NCBI GenBank assembly: GCA_964402035.1
Contig: CAYOAM010000002.1
Span: forward strand, 27,280 to 91,279
Direction of reading: 5' to 3'
Origin: an uncultured Candidatus Saccharibacteria bacterium
GTDB lineage: Bacteria > Patescibacteriota > Minisyncoccia > Phycocordibacterales > UBA918
DNA: 64,000 nucleotides
In this document: positions 31,876 to 41,650 of the stretch, piece by piece
How positions within the stretch are numbered: the stretch's first letter is position 1
Layout: the number at the start of each line of letters is the position of its first letter
Notes under the pieces: generated by a model
Told to the model about the DNA's origin: nothing
The model's database searches: none
Seen by the model: the letters and a program-made list of their open reading frames with translations, nothing else
Translations under genes and position numbers: made by a program

Positions 31876-32211
31876 CTAGGAGAGCGTAAAGGTGACTTCC
31901 GTGCAAGTCACTAACCATTTGACCCCGACTCCTTTCTCCTTTTTTTCATAAAAAGAGAACTGATTTGTGACGAATCGTGAGCAGAATTCCCCAAAAGTGC
32001 TCCCCAATGCGTCCAGTGCCTCATCGGAGATCTCACCGAGTAAAAGGTAGATTCTGCTATCAGTTGTCTTGAACACCCAGCGTCGGGTAGACCGTGTGTA
32101 GATTTGTACACGATGTGGATCCTCGAAATGTTTGAGGCCCCGGACAATCACCAAAGTTCGTGACTGCTCATCGCCCCAAAATCCATCGAAATTCCGGAGT
32201 TCGTGAACCAT
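31876..32211 (-). CDS. Orphan hypothetical protein
   Basis: 111 aa, GGGAG SD, two strong hairpins downstream (~31800-31860). Confidence 0.55.
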   Translation of the reverse strand: MVHELRNFDGFWGDEQSRTLVIVRGLKHFEDPHRVQIYTRSTRRWVFKTTDSRIYLLLGEISDEALDALGSTFGEFCSRFVTNQFSFYEKKEKGVGVKWLVTCTEVTFTLS

Positions 32212-32274
32212 GCTTCTCTCCCTGATGAACGAACAATCGTAACTGGTGAAGCCTATACTACGATTTCATTGCCG

Positions 32275-32946
32275 TCAATGAAATTTCATATCTCGCCACT
32301 GTTCTATTTTCTTATGATCTCCAGTTTTGAGGACTTCAGGTACTTCATATTTCTTCTTTTTCCAGACCAGCGTCTCGGGACGAGTGTAAGCGGTGCCATT
32401 GGTGATCCTTGATTCTTCTATCGAATCGCTCTCGCCAAGCACTCCTGGGACATGTCTCGCTATCGCATCTATGAGCGTGAGCGCTGGCAGCTCTCCCCCA
32501 GTAAGTACGTACTCGCCCACCGAAATTTCTTCTGCTTTCAAAATCTCTTTGACTCGGGCATCAATGCCTTCATAGCGCCCCGAGATGAGTACTATATCTT
32601 TTTCTTTCGCCAGCTTCTTTGCTATCTCTTGAGTAAAAAGCGTCCCACGTGGCGACATAATAATAATCTTCGGTTTTGTTTTCTTTTTTCCGACAGCCTT
32701 CGCTACCGCAGCCAACACCGGTTCTGGCTTCATCACCATCCCCGGACCACCTCCGTATGGACGATCATCGGCTTTATTGTGCTTGTCGCCAGCAAAGTCT
32801 CGAGGGTTGTAGTAGGAGACTTCAATTTTCTTGCCCCGCACTTTTGCCCCCTTTCCCTTGTCAGTCTTCTGAGCACGCCCCAAAACCGAAGCGTCTGTGT
32901 ACGCCTTACAAACCTCCGGAAACAGTGTGACTACATGAAAATGCAT
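32275..32946 (-). CDS. trmD: tRNA (guanine37-N1)-methyltransferase
   Basis: DDRPYGGGPGMV, GRYEGIDAR, YVLTGGELPA. Confidence 0.96.
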   Translation of the reverse strand: MHFHVVTLFPEVCKAYTDASVLGRAQKTDKGKGAKVRGKKIEVSYYNPRDFAGDKHNKADDRPYGGGPGMVMKPEPVLAAVAKAVGKKKTKPKIIIMSPRGTLFTQEIAKKLAKEKDIVLISGRYEGIDARVKEILKAEEISVGEYVLTGGELPALTLIDAIARHVPGVLGESDSIEESRITNGTAYTRPETLVWKKKKYEVPEVLKTGDHKKIEQWRDMKFH

Positions 32947-33004
32947 AAACGCAGTATGCCACAAAGGAACATGAATCAAAAAGCCCCTTGCGGGGCTTTT
33001 TGAT

Positions 33005-33352
33005 TCACATCTTCAAATCTTCGATGGCTTCATCAAGAGACTTTGGTTCGCGATTGTCTGCGATCTGCGCTTGGGTCATCGAGGTACCCATGCCCGGTCC
33101 ACGACCACCTTCAGGCTCATTGATCTTGAGGTTTACGCGTGCATCATACTTCATCCCAACAACACGGAGGAGTGTGCGAATGGCTTTTGCGGTATTGCCC
33201 GAACGACCGATGATCTTGCCCATGTCCGCCGGATGCACATCGAGAAGGAGGAGTACTCCCATCTGATCCACCGTACGACTAACTTTTACTGATTCTGGAT
33301 TATCGACAAGTTCTTTCACTACGTACTCGAGGAATTGCTGATCTCGTTCCAT
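33005..33352 (-). CDS. khpA: KH-domain RNA-binding protein KhpA
   Basis: DMGKIIGRSGNTAKAIRTLL; located between rpsP and trmD. Confidence 0.9.
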   Translation of the reverse strand: MERDQQFLEYVVKELVDNPESVKVSRTVDQMGVLLLLDVHPADMGKIIGRSGNTAKAIRTLLRVVGMKYDARVNLKINEPEGGRGPGMGTSMTQAQIADNREPKSLDEAIEDLKM

Positions 33353-33447
33353 AAATAGAATTACTGTTTTAAAGGATGCTGATAGTCTGCATGACCTCCT
33401 CAATCGTACTTTATCATTGATACCTAAGTCAACGCCGCACTCTTGAT

Positions 33448-33480
33448 AAAAAGGCGGGGACCTTTGGTCCCCGCCTTTTT
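33448..33480 (-). terminator. Intrinsic terminator after rpsP
   Basis: AAAAAGGCGGGGACC-ttt-GGTCCCCGCCTTTTT. Confidence 0.75.
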
Positions 33481-33501
33481 ACAGATCTTTTTTCTTTCCC
33501 G

Positions 33502-33855
33502 TTACGCCGCAACTTCTGCAGTCACTTCTCCCGCTGCAACCTCAGCCGGAGCTTCCGCTTTCTCTTCTTTCTTAGTCTCTACCACCTTCTTTGGAGCTTG
33601 TACGGTAATCTTTGGTGCATTGATCACTTTCTGTGATACAAGCATGTTGTGGACGGTAGGAGACGCTTGTACGCCCTTTGAGAGCCATGTCTTTGCCTTC
33701 TCGCCATCAATCTTAATGGTACCTGACTTTGGCTCGTAAAAACCAAGCATGTCGATAAACTTGCCGCTTTTAATACCCTGGCGTGAATCAACAACTACCA
33801 CTCGGTATGAGGGGCTGTTCTTTCTTCCTATCCTCTGTAGTCGCATTGTAATCAT
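33502..33855 (-). CDS. rpsP: 30S ribosomal protein S16
   Basis: MRLQRIGRKNSPSYRVVVVDSR, LGFYEP, WLSKGVQASPTV. Confidence 0.96.
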   Translation of the reverse strand: MITMRLQRIGRKNSPSYRVVVVDSRQGIKSGKFIDMLGFYEPKSGTIKIDGEKAKTWLSKGVQASPTVHNMLVSQKVINAPKITVQAPKKVVETKKEEKAEAPAEVAAGEVTAEVAA

Positions 33856-33915
33856 TGTGCCCAAAAGAGTACCAGAATTACCTATACTGGTCAAATGTGG
33901 TAGGCTCATAGAATC

Positions 33916-35847
33916 ATGGAAACAAAAACACATACACTCGAAGGCGTTATTATGGTGCGTGGAAAAGGCGTAGGGTACGTCAACCTGCCGCAGTTTGAGG
34001 ACGATGTCGTCATAGCGCCCGATGCTGTGGGTACGGCTCTTGATGGCGATATCGTCCTTCTTGAAATGGGTACCAAATCTCCTATGGGTCGCGAGACGGC
34101 TAAGGTCGTCAATATCATTTCTCGCGCCCGCAGCGAATACATCGGCACGATCACCCTTCTCGATGGCGTTCCCCACCTCCACCCGGACAATAGACGCATT
34201 CACGTCTCATTTGTACTCCCTCAATCAGCCTCAGAATCAGTCGGTATGAAAGCAGTCGTCACGATGACCGAATGGACTGATCCAAAAGTGAAGCCGCAAG
34301 CAAAAGTCCTCGAGATCCTAGGAAAAGCAGGAGACCACGAGACCGAGATGCAAGCCATCATACGTGGTGGCGGTTTCGCCGTTGACTTTCCCGAGCAAAT
34401 TGCAAAACAAGCGGAGGAGCTCCATGCAACAAAAGAGCAGATTTTTAAGGATGCTCTTCTCGATCCGAAACGCAAGGATTATCGCCACGTACCCACCTGC
34501 ACCATCGACCCAAAGACTGCAAAAGATTTTGATGACGCACTTTCGATTCTAAAGATCTCTGATGATACATATGAGATCGGCGTGCACATTGCTGACGTCT
34601 CACACTACGTCATTGAAAACGATCCTATCGATAAAGAAGCACAAGAACGCGGCACCTCGATCTATCTCGTGGATCGCGTAATTCCGATGTTGCCAGAGAT
34701 TCTCTCAAATGATCTCTGTTCACTGCGACCCAACGAAGACCGACTCGCTTTTTCAACCATATTTACCATTAAGAAGGACGGTACCGTCACCAACACATGG
34801 TATGGCAAAACGGTGATTCATTCCAACCGTCGTTTCTCATACGAAGAAGCACAAGAAGTACTCGACCTTGGTCATGGTGACATGCACGACGATCTTCGCG
34901 TCATGATGGACATCTCTCGCTTTTTGCGTGCCAAACGACAGCAAGAAGGAGCTATCGCTTTTGACCAACCTGAAGTCGTATTCGAACTCGATGCCGCAGG
35001 GAAACCGATCGACATCCGTCTCAAGACGCGAACAGAGACTATGCTCATGATTGAGGATTTTATGCTTTTGGCAAATCAAAGTGTCGCGACCCATATCTAC
35101 AATCTCTCAAAAGCAAATCACCAGGACATGGCATTTGTCTATCGCATACATGATGTACCAAATCCGGACAAGATTGTGGAACTTGGCATTTTCTTGCGTG
35201 CCCTTGGGTACGAACTCAAAAATGAACGTGGCATGGTCACCGGAAAAAACGTCAATGCACTGCTGAAGGAAGTGACAGGTACTCCGGAGGAAGCACTCAT
35301 CAAGACCGCCACCATACGCTCGATGGCAAAAGCAGTGTACTCAACAAAAAATATCGGGCACTTTGGACTTGCATTCAAATTTTATACACACTTCACTTCC
35401 CCGATCCGTCGATACCCCGACCTCATGGTGCATCGCTTACTCTATAAGCATCTAAATGGCACACCGATTGGGAGTGCAGAACATGCACGGTACGAGCGAC
35501 TCTCAGTGCAATCATCTGCGCGAGAACTCAATGCTGTCGATGCAGAGCGCACCTCGATCAAGTACAAGCAGGTAGAGTTTATGCAATCAAAAGTTGGACA
35601 AGTATTTACGGGCACAATTACCGGTACCGCAGACTGGGGTCTCTATGTTGAAGACAAAGCAACAAAAGCAGAAGGATTGGTCCGTCTCGCATCGATGCGC
35701 AAAGATTTCTTTGTCCACGAAGGAGCGAAATACCAAGTGCGCGGACAGAAATCATCGCAGACATACCGCCTCGGCGACACCGTACAAATCAAACTCATCC
35801 GCGCAAACTTAGAAGAACGCACACTTGATTTTGAGCTAGTGGCATAG
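33916..35847 (+). CDS. rnr: Ribonuclease R (RNB family)
   Basis: TIDPKTAKDFDDALS, HIADVS, YTHFTSPIRRYPDL, C-terminal S1. Confidence 0.95.
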   Translation: METKTHTLEGVIMVRGKGVGYVNLPQFEDDVVIAPDAVGTALDGDIVLLEMGTKSPMGRETAKVVNIISRARSEYIGTITLLDGVPHLHPDNRRIHVSFVLPQSASESVGMKAVVTMTEWTDPKVKPQAKVLEILGKAGDHETEMQAIIRGGGFAVDFPEQIAKQAEELHATKEQIFKDALLDPKRKDYRHVPTCTIDPKTAKDFDDALSILKISDDTYEIGVHIADVSHYVIENDPIDKEAQERGTSIYLVDRVIPMLPEILSNDLCSLRPNEDRLAFSTIFTIKKDGTVTNTWYGKTVIHSNRRFSYEEAQEVLDLGHGDMHDDLRVMMDISRFLRAKRQQEGAIAFDQPEVVFELDAAGKPIDIRLKTRTETMLMIEDFMLLANQSVATHIYNLSKANHQDMAFVYRIHDVPNPDKIVELGIFLRALGYELKNERGMVTGKNVNALLKEVTGTPEEALIKTATIRSMAKAVYSTKNIGHFGLAFKFYTHFTSPIRRYPDLMVHRLLYKHLNGTPIGSAEHARYERLSVQSSARELNAVDAERTSIKYKQVEFMQSKVGQVFTGTITGTADWGLYVEDKATKAEGLVRLASMRKDFFVHEGAKYQVRGQKSSQTYRLGDTVQIKLIRANLEERTLDFELVA

Positions 35848-35851
35848 AAAA

Positions 35852-35875
35852 ATGGCGCTCCCAAGGGAGCGCCAT
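35852..35875. terminator. Hairpin terminator between convergent genes
   Basis: ATGGCGCTCCC-aa-GGGAGCGCCAT. Confidence 0.65.
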
Positions 35876-35880
35876 GCGGA

Positions 35881-36270
35881 TCAAGCGCGGATGAATGCTG
35901 AGGTTCTGCTGATAATACTCCGCTGCATAGCCTCAACTGCACATACGATGAGGTCGTAGTGCTCCCTTTCGCTCGCCGGAATGCGAGGTTCAATACCATT
36001 CGTCATTTCCATCACTGCACTTCGGATAGGCCCATCCTTCAAAAGCATACCGCGCATGAAGTCCCCCGATGGCATGCGATACGGCACATTTGCTTTGGCA
36101 ATCTGACTGCGACAGATCATGAACATCGAAAATGTGGACTCCAAGACACCATCCAGTCGTGCCGCTGACGCCCAAAGATAATTGGTGCCGTGGATAACAC
36201 ATTGTTCTTCTGGCGTAGTGCCAAAAATGCAAGGGAACGTCACGAACTCAAGACGATCTTGATTGCTCAT
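35881..36270 (-). CDS. Orphan hypothetical protein
   Basis: 129 aa with AAGGGGTG SD. Confidence 0.6.
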   Translation of the reverse strand: MSNQDRLEFVTFPCIFGTTPEEQCVIHGTNYLWASAARLDGVLESTFSMFMICRSQIAKANVPYRMPSGDFMRGMLLKDGPIRSAVMEMTNGIEPRIPASEREHYDLIVCAVEAMQRSIISRTSAFIRA

Positions 36271-36330
36271 CTTTCACCCCTTCTGGTTGTACTGAACCCA
36301 GCTAACGGTACACCCGAGTGTGACCTCCTG

Positions 36331-36807
36331 TCAAAAAAATGTATCAATACCCAGTAAGAAATAAACAAAAAATAGTATCGGGAAAAGTGCCGCGTAACAA
36401 AGGAAAGTTCTCCATTCACTTTTTCCAAAACGGTTTGGCAGCAGTCTTTCAGCAAAATAGATAACTACAAGTAACCATGCTAGCTCCACAATCAGTCCCA
36501 GAGACTTAAACACATTTAGCGCAAACAGAGCGCACAAGAATAATGATAATATTAAAAAATAACCTACAGATTCCTCTTTTTTTGATATATTCACCTTATT
36601 TCTGTTCAAGTATTCCACAAGCAAAAGTGTAATAATGGAAATTCCTATAATGCTTGGGCTAAAACCAAAAAAAACATACGCAACAGATACTAAAATATCA
36701 ACACCATAAGCAGAGGGATCAAAGTAAGCTGCGACATAAAAAGTGACAATAAAACAAGCAGCCAAAAATATTGACTTGACCAATGCTCGACTAAAAATAT
36801 CTAACAT
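36331..36807 (-). CDS. AT-rich multi-TM hypothetical protein
   Basis: About 5 hydrophobic segments, starts 1 nt after the smc stop. Confidence 0.6.
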   Translation of the reverse strand: MLDIFSRALVKSIFLAACFIVTFYVAAYFDPSAYGVDILVSVAYVFFGFSPSIIGISIITLLLVEYLNRNKVNISKKEESVGYFLILSLFLCALFALNVFKSLGLIVELAWLLVVIYFAERLLPNRFGKSEWRTFLCYAALFPILFFVYFLLGIDTFF

Positions 36808-36808
36808 A

Positions 36809-39103
36809 TTACTTTGCCACTTCAACCGCCTCTTCGAGTTTGACCGAGAGGAGTTTTGAGACACCATCACCACTCATCGTGACACCATAGAGAATACCTG
36901 CACGCGACATCGTCTCGCGATTGTGCGTAATCAAGATAAGTTGCGATTTTTGTGCGAGGGACGCAATCATGTCACCATAGCGCTTGCTGTTGGCTTCATC
37001 GAGTGCGGCATCAGTCTCATCGAGAATAACAAACGGTGGTGGGTTGACCTGACTCATCGCAAAAATAAGTGCAATCGATGTGAGGGCACGCTCTCCGCCT
37101 GAAAGCATATCAAGTCCACGTACACGCTTGTTGGGAAGCGTGACATCGATATCGATCCCCTCCTCCAACGGTTCTTCTTCTCCGCCAGCTGGCGGAGCTT
37201 CGTCTGTTTCAAGCAGACTCTCCATGTCATCCTTTTCCTTCCGCGCACCTTTCTTTGGCTTCACACGATGGAGAGCTGCCGTCCCACCACCAAACATAAG
37301 GGTGAAGAAAACGGAAAATTCTGCACCAATTTTTTCTATACCACCGACAAAACGCGCATTCAATTCTTCACTCAATTCTGTAATCAAGGTTTGCAGTGAA
37401 GCAACTGATTTTTGTAAATCTTCAACTTCTCGCGTCAAAAAGAGATCTCGATCTTTGACCTCTTGGTACTCTTTCATCACATCGTCCATAGCTCCTGCGC
37501 CCAATTCTTCAAGGCGGATTTTCATTTTCTCAAGTGAACGCCGGCGCTCAAGCTGCACCGTGCGATCCTCAGACACCAATTGCTCACGTGTTACCGGCTG
37601 CCCATCCGTTGCTACAATAACGTAGCTAAAATATTCAGTGACTGCACGTCCGATGAGTGATACCGCCTCTTCAAGCTCGCGTTTAAATTCATTGCGATCA
37701 CGCTCAAGGTCGGCGCGCTCTCGTTCCAAAAATGTTATTTGTTGTGTCAACTCCTGCTCGCGTCCCATAATACGGAACACTTCATGCTCTGCTGCCCTAC
37801 TTTCACTCAACTCAGCTTCAATTGAAGCTTTGAGCTCATCATATTCTTTACGTAGCTTTTCTTCCTCACGATCAAGATCTACAAGTACGCCGTCGACTTT
37901 CTTTTTTTCTTTAGCCAAATCATGATGCTCATCTTCATCGGTCGTATCGTGTTTGACTGATCCTGTACGCGACATCTCATTCAAAAATGAGCGCAGCGTA
38001 CGCACCATATGGTCGATAATATGCACGAGCGCCTTTGGCTCCGCATCGGTCGTCCCACCACGCGCAGTGTCTTCAATACCCGCTACTACCTCTTCTACCC
38101 GAGCAAAGGGTATTGGTTGACGTTCTTCTTTTTCTTGCTCTCGCGCTCGCTCGGCAATCCTGCGCTCCAAATACGCAATCTGCCCTTCGAGCTTTCCCAC
38201 CGATCGTATTGCTTCTTGGCGTTCGGTACGGACCGCACGGAGATTTTGATCTAGTGTTACAAGTGCATCACGCTTTGCATCTTTGCCCGAATCTTCCAAA
38301 ACCTTTTTTGCTTTTGCAAGCTCTATTTCAAGTGATGCCAATTCTTCTTGAGGTGCCTTGATCGCGACCGCAATGCGATCATGATGAAACGCAATGTATT
38401 CGTCTTCGCGCTTGAGGTACTCTCGATACTCACTCTTGAGCTGCTCACGTACTTCGAGCGATTTTTCAATCTTCTTTACCTGTCGTTCCAAAAATTTTAA
38501 GTGTGGTTGCACTTCACGTTGCAGCGACTGCACCTGCGCGATGTTTTCATTGGTCTTCTCAAGCTTTCTTTCACTCTCTGCTTTCTTGTATTGAAATACT
38601 TTAAGACCCAATGCATCCTCAATCATCTCCCGTCGTTCTTTTGGACTTGCGGTCAAGATGCGATCTGCTTCGCCCTGCGAAATGATGTGGTGTCCTGTCG
38701 AACCGATGTTGGCAGACGCCAAAAGTTCCTGCACATCTTTGAGCCGTGTCCTGTTTCCATTTAACAAATACTCGTTGACGCCATCGCGATACACCACGCG
38801 CTCAATAGTCACTTCATCAAAATCAATCGGAAATTGTTTTTTTGTGTTATCGAGCGTGATTTTGACCGATGCGCGGTTTGCACGTGCCAGCGCGGACGAT
38901 CCATTGAAGATGAGGTCTTCGCCACGCTTGCCACGCATGGACTTCAGTGACTGCTCCCCCAACACGAAACGAAAAGCTTCAGCGACATTTGATTTCCCTG
39001 ATCCATTGGGCCCCACAATGCCCGCAATCGAGGTCGAAAATTCCAAATTGCTCTTCTTGGCAAAAGATTTAAAACCATTGAGTTCAAGCGACCGCAAATA
39101 CAT
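36809..39103 (-). CDS. smc: SMC-family chromosome segregation ATPase (short form)
   Basis: GFKSFA, GPNGSGKSN, IISQG, LSGGERAL, LDETDAALD, ITHN; only 764 aa. Confidence 0.9.
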   Translation of the reverse strand: MYLRSLELNGFKSFAKKSNLEFSTSIAGIVGPNGSGKSNVAEAFRFVLGEQSLKSMRGKRGEDLIFNGSSALARANRASVKITLDNTKKQFPIDFDEVTIERVVYRDGVNEYLLNGNRTRLKDVQELLASANIGSTGHHIISQGEADRILTASPKERREMIEDALGLKVFQYKKAESERKLEKTNENIAQVQSLQREVQPHLKFLERQVKKIEKSLEVREQLKSEYREYLKREDEYIAFHHDRIAVAIKAPQEELASLEIELAKAKKVLEDSGKDAKRDALVTLDQNLRAVRTERQEAIRSVGKLEGQIAYLERRIAERAREQEKEERQPIPFARVEEVVAGIEDTARGGTTDAEPKALVHIIDHMVRTLRSFLNEMSRTGSVKHDTTDEDEHHDLAKEKKKVDGVLVDLDREEEKLRKEYDELKASIEAELSESRAAEHEVFRIMGREQELTQQITFLERERADLERDRNEFKRELEEAVSLIGRAVTEYFSYVIVATDGQPVTREQLVSEDRTVQLERRRSLEKMKIRLEELGAGAMDDVMKEYQEVKDRDLFLTREVEDLQKSVASLQTLITELSEELNARFVGGIEKIGAEFSVFFTLMFGGGTAALHRVKPKKGARKEKDDMESLLETDEAPPAGGEEEPLEEGIDIDVTLPNKRVRGLDMLSGGERALTSIALIFAMSQVNPPPFVILDETDAALDEANSKRYGDMIASLAQKSQLILITHNRETMSRAGILYGVTMSGDGVSKLLSVKLEEAVEVAK

Positions 39104-39236
39104 GGCTCTATTCTAGCATTGAGTCACCATACATAAGTCATATATCATGTGAGGAAGCAGTATGTAGACAAGAGGTGCGTATGTGCTATTGTGCGCAACA
39201 GGTAACACTGTTTCATCTCTCATTGGGGTACCTCAC

Positions 39237-39701
39237 ATGACTCATGGTCATAGATTACCCCTCACAGACCGTGCCGACTGGGCATCGCTGGTGTGTCCGC
39301 TCGTCATTGACAAAGAAGATCGAGCAATTGGCATTGTGCTGATCATCGATCCACAACACTCTACGCCACTCTGGAAACTCCCTGGCGGCAAAAGGCAAGA
39401 TGACGAGTTTCCACATACGACAGCTAAGCGGGAATTGATAGAAGAGACAGGTCTCGATATTCCCAGTAACGATCTTATCTTGTTGGAGCGGAAGTTCATC
39501 GGCGGATTAGCTAATCGTCATGAACGGTATCTATACAAGATCAAAATACCCAAGAGCCAATGCGCAGAGCTACGAACAGGCAACGACGGTGAGGAGCCAA
39601 AACTGCATTCACTTCAAGAATTCGAACAGCTCATTTATGAACACAAACTAGTCCCACCCCATCTTGCCCTGCTCACCAAACACAGAAAAGAATTAGGGTG
39701 A
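39237..39701 (+). CDS. NUDIX hydrolase
   Basis: WKLPGGKRQDDEFPHTTAKRELIEETG Nudix box. Confidence 0.85.
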   Translation: MTHGHRLPLTDRADWASLVCPLVIDKEDRAIGIVLIIDPQHSTPLWKLPGGKRQDDEFPHTTAKRELIEETGLDIPSNDLILLERKFIGGLANRHERYLYKIKIPKSQCAELRTGNDGEEPKLHSLQEFEQLIYEHKLVPPHLALLTKHRKELG

Positions 39702-39762
39702 ACTGACAGACGCGTCAAAGTATTTTGGCGCGCTTTTTTATTTCTACGACAGGCGTGAGGTA

Positions 39763-39917
39763 GCGAGCTTGTGTTTTTGAAAGACCTTGCGCAGTCACGC
39801 GCAGCACGGTGCCTGCCGTCCTTTGTTGCGGAAGCGACTACGGCAGGAACGCGCGACGAGCAGAACACAGCACCCTGCTGGGGTGCTGATGAGTGTCTTT
39901 CAAAAACACAAGCTCGC
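39763..39917. repeat. 155-nt multi-stem structured element, copy 2
   Basis: Perfect 23-bp terminal IR GCGAGCTTGTGTTTTTGAAAGAC/GTCTTTCAAAAACACAAGCTCGC around a core shared with 21442. Confidence 0.75.
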
Positions 39918-39922
39918 GATTG

Positions 39923-40615
39923 TCACCACCCTCTATTCTCAAGACCCTTAAGTGCAGCAGCCTGCTCCCCCTCCTGCTTCGATCGTCCAACTCCTTGCGC
40001 CACACACTCTTCACCAAGAAAAATACCAATCGTGAACATACGATCATGGTCTGGACCTTCTTCTTTCAAGCTGCGGTACGTTGGCGTTAGCCCAGCAACC
40101 TCTTGTGCTTTTTCTTGAAAACGACTTTTTGGATCTTGCCATGTACGATTCTTCACAATGTCATCTGCGCGTATCAAAAGCTCCCGAGCAATAAAACCTC
40201 TCGCTGCTTCATATCCCTGATCCATGTACAGTGCCCCCACTATCGCCTCAAACGCATTCGCCAAAATGTACTGTCGCGCACGTCCCACATCTTTTGCCTC
40301 ACCGCGTGAGAGACGCATAAATTCATTGATACCCAAACGCTGCGCGGTTTCTGAAAGCATATTTGTATTGACGAGCGCCGCACGGATCGCCGTCAATTCC
40401 CCCTCTGCCTTTCCTTCATACGTGCGAAAAAGATAATCAGTGACGACAAGCTCAAGTACCGCATCACCAAGAAACTCCAGGCGTTCATTGTGTTCACCTG
40501 CGTCGTCTCTATTTTCATTGAGATATGAACGGTGCGTGACCGCACTCTGCAAAAGCCCTTGATTGGCAAAGGTAATACCGAGTATTTTCTGGAGTGGGGC
40601 TAATGGGATATCCAT
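39923..40615 (-). CDS. rnc: Ribonuclease III
   Basis: NERLEFLGDAVL; dsRBD DPKSRFQE..GRSKQEGEQAAA. Confidence 0.97.
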   Translation of the reverse strand: MDIPLAPLQKILGITFANQGLLQSAVTHRSYLNENRDDAGEHNERLEFLGDAVLELVVTDYLFRTYEGKAEGELTAIRAALVNTNMLSETAQRLGINEFMRLSRGEAKDVGRARQYILANAFEAIVGALYMDQGYEAARGFIARELLIRADDIVKNRTWQDPKSRFQEKAQEVAGLTPTYRSLKEEGPDHDRMFTIGIFLGEECVAQGVGRSKQEGEQAAALKGLENRGW

Positions 40616-40654
40616 ACCATGTATGCGTGATACAGGAATATATCACAGTTTCGG

Positions 40655-41566
40655 CTATCGTGTACTGCCCCCGCGGCCGACGAGTAGCGTCACCGATTTG
40701 GTGACAATCGGGAGTATGTCTTCATAAAAGTTGAGATCAAGAATGCTGGCAACCTTAAACCACTGCGCCGCATCAAGCCCCCCTTTCTTTTCAAGGTTCA
40801 ATTCTTCATACGATGAGCGCACAAGGTAGTACGACACTTGCTTGCGTACCTTTCCCTTTTCTGGCTGTGATGCGATATATTCGTTTTTGCCCAGCGCATC
40901 CTCTACCGTGAGATCTGAAAGTCCGATCTCTTCTTTGATGGCACGTGCAATACCTACGCGTTCATCTTCGCCCTCTTCAATATGTCCCTTGGTCAGCGTC
41001 CAATGTCCAAATACATCATGCACCAACGCAAAGTACATGTTGCCATCATCTTCTGCATAAACAACTGCTCCTGCCAAACGCTCTATCGGCATTTGTTCAA
41101 ATGGTACGTCGTTGCGTTTTCGTTTTGATGTCTCTGCTTTTCCCGGTTCTCCAATCTCTTTATAGACTGCACCCAACACTCCATTTACAAACTTGCTCGA
41201 GTTATCACCACCAAACTGTTTTGCAAGTTCGATTGCTTCGTTGATTGCTACCTTTGCGGGGACCTCCTTGCGATCTGAAAAAAGAAGTTCATAGAGACCC
41301 AAGCGGAGTATGTTGCGATCGACAGGAGAAATACGATCAATAGGCCACTCGGGTGCTGCTTTTTCGATGACGAGGTCGAGTTCCTTTTGCTTCTGGAGTA
41401 CGCCATCAAGGAGCTTGTCCATAAACGGCATATCCGACTTGTTCGGAGCAAATTCGTCAACATTGCGGTTCAATACTTGCGCGAGCGCGCTTTTTCCAAG
41501 ACTATTTAAATCCCACTCAAAGAGTGTCTGAAGAACGATACTGCGTGAAAGGTGCCTATTTGCCAT
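40655..41566 (-). CDS. nusB: Transcription antitermination factor NusB fused to a C-terminal NUDIX domain
   Basis: RHLSRSIVLQTLF, VDRNILRLG, INEAIELAK, FVNGVLG; then AGAVVY..WTLTKGHIEEGE..AIKEEIG. Confidence 0.9.
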   Translation of the reverse strand: MANRHLSRSIVLQTLFEWDLNSLGKSALAQVLNRNVDEFAPNKSDMPFMDKLLDGVLQKQKELDLVIEKAAPEWPIDRISPVDRNILRLGLYELLFSDRKEVPAKVAINEAIELAKQFGGDNSSKFVNGVLGAVYKEIGEPGKAETSKRKRNDVPFEQMPIERLAGAVVYAEDDGNMYFALVHDVFGHWTLTKGHIEEGEDERVGIARAIKEEIGLSDLTVEDALGKNEYIASQPEKGKVRKQVSYYLVRSSYEELNLEKKGGLDAAQWFKVASILDLNFYEDILPIVTKSVTLLVGRGGSTR

Positions 41567-41650
41567 ACATGAGACTACCCACAAGTGTATCATAGCTACA
41601 AACAAAAAAACCCGTATGCGGGGTTTTTTTGTGGATTCAGCTTTTTGAGT

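Noticed and set aside
33856-34203. Long N-terminal extension of S16 in the ORF track
   Set aside because: Overlaps divergent rnr; S16 homology begins at 33855.
39885-39917. CTGATGA suggesting a hammerhead ribozyme
   Set aside because: No correctly placed GAAA, and the homologous copy at 21442 has TTGATAC there.
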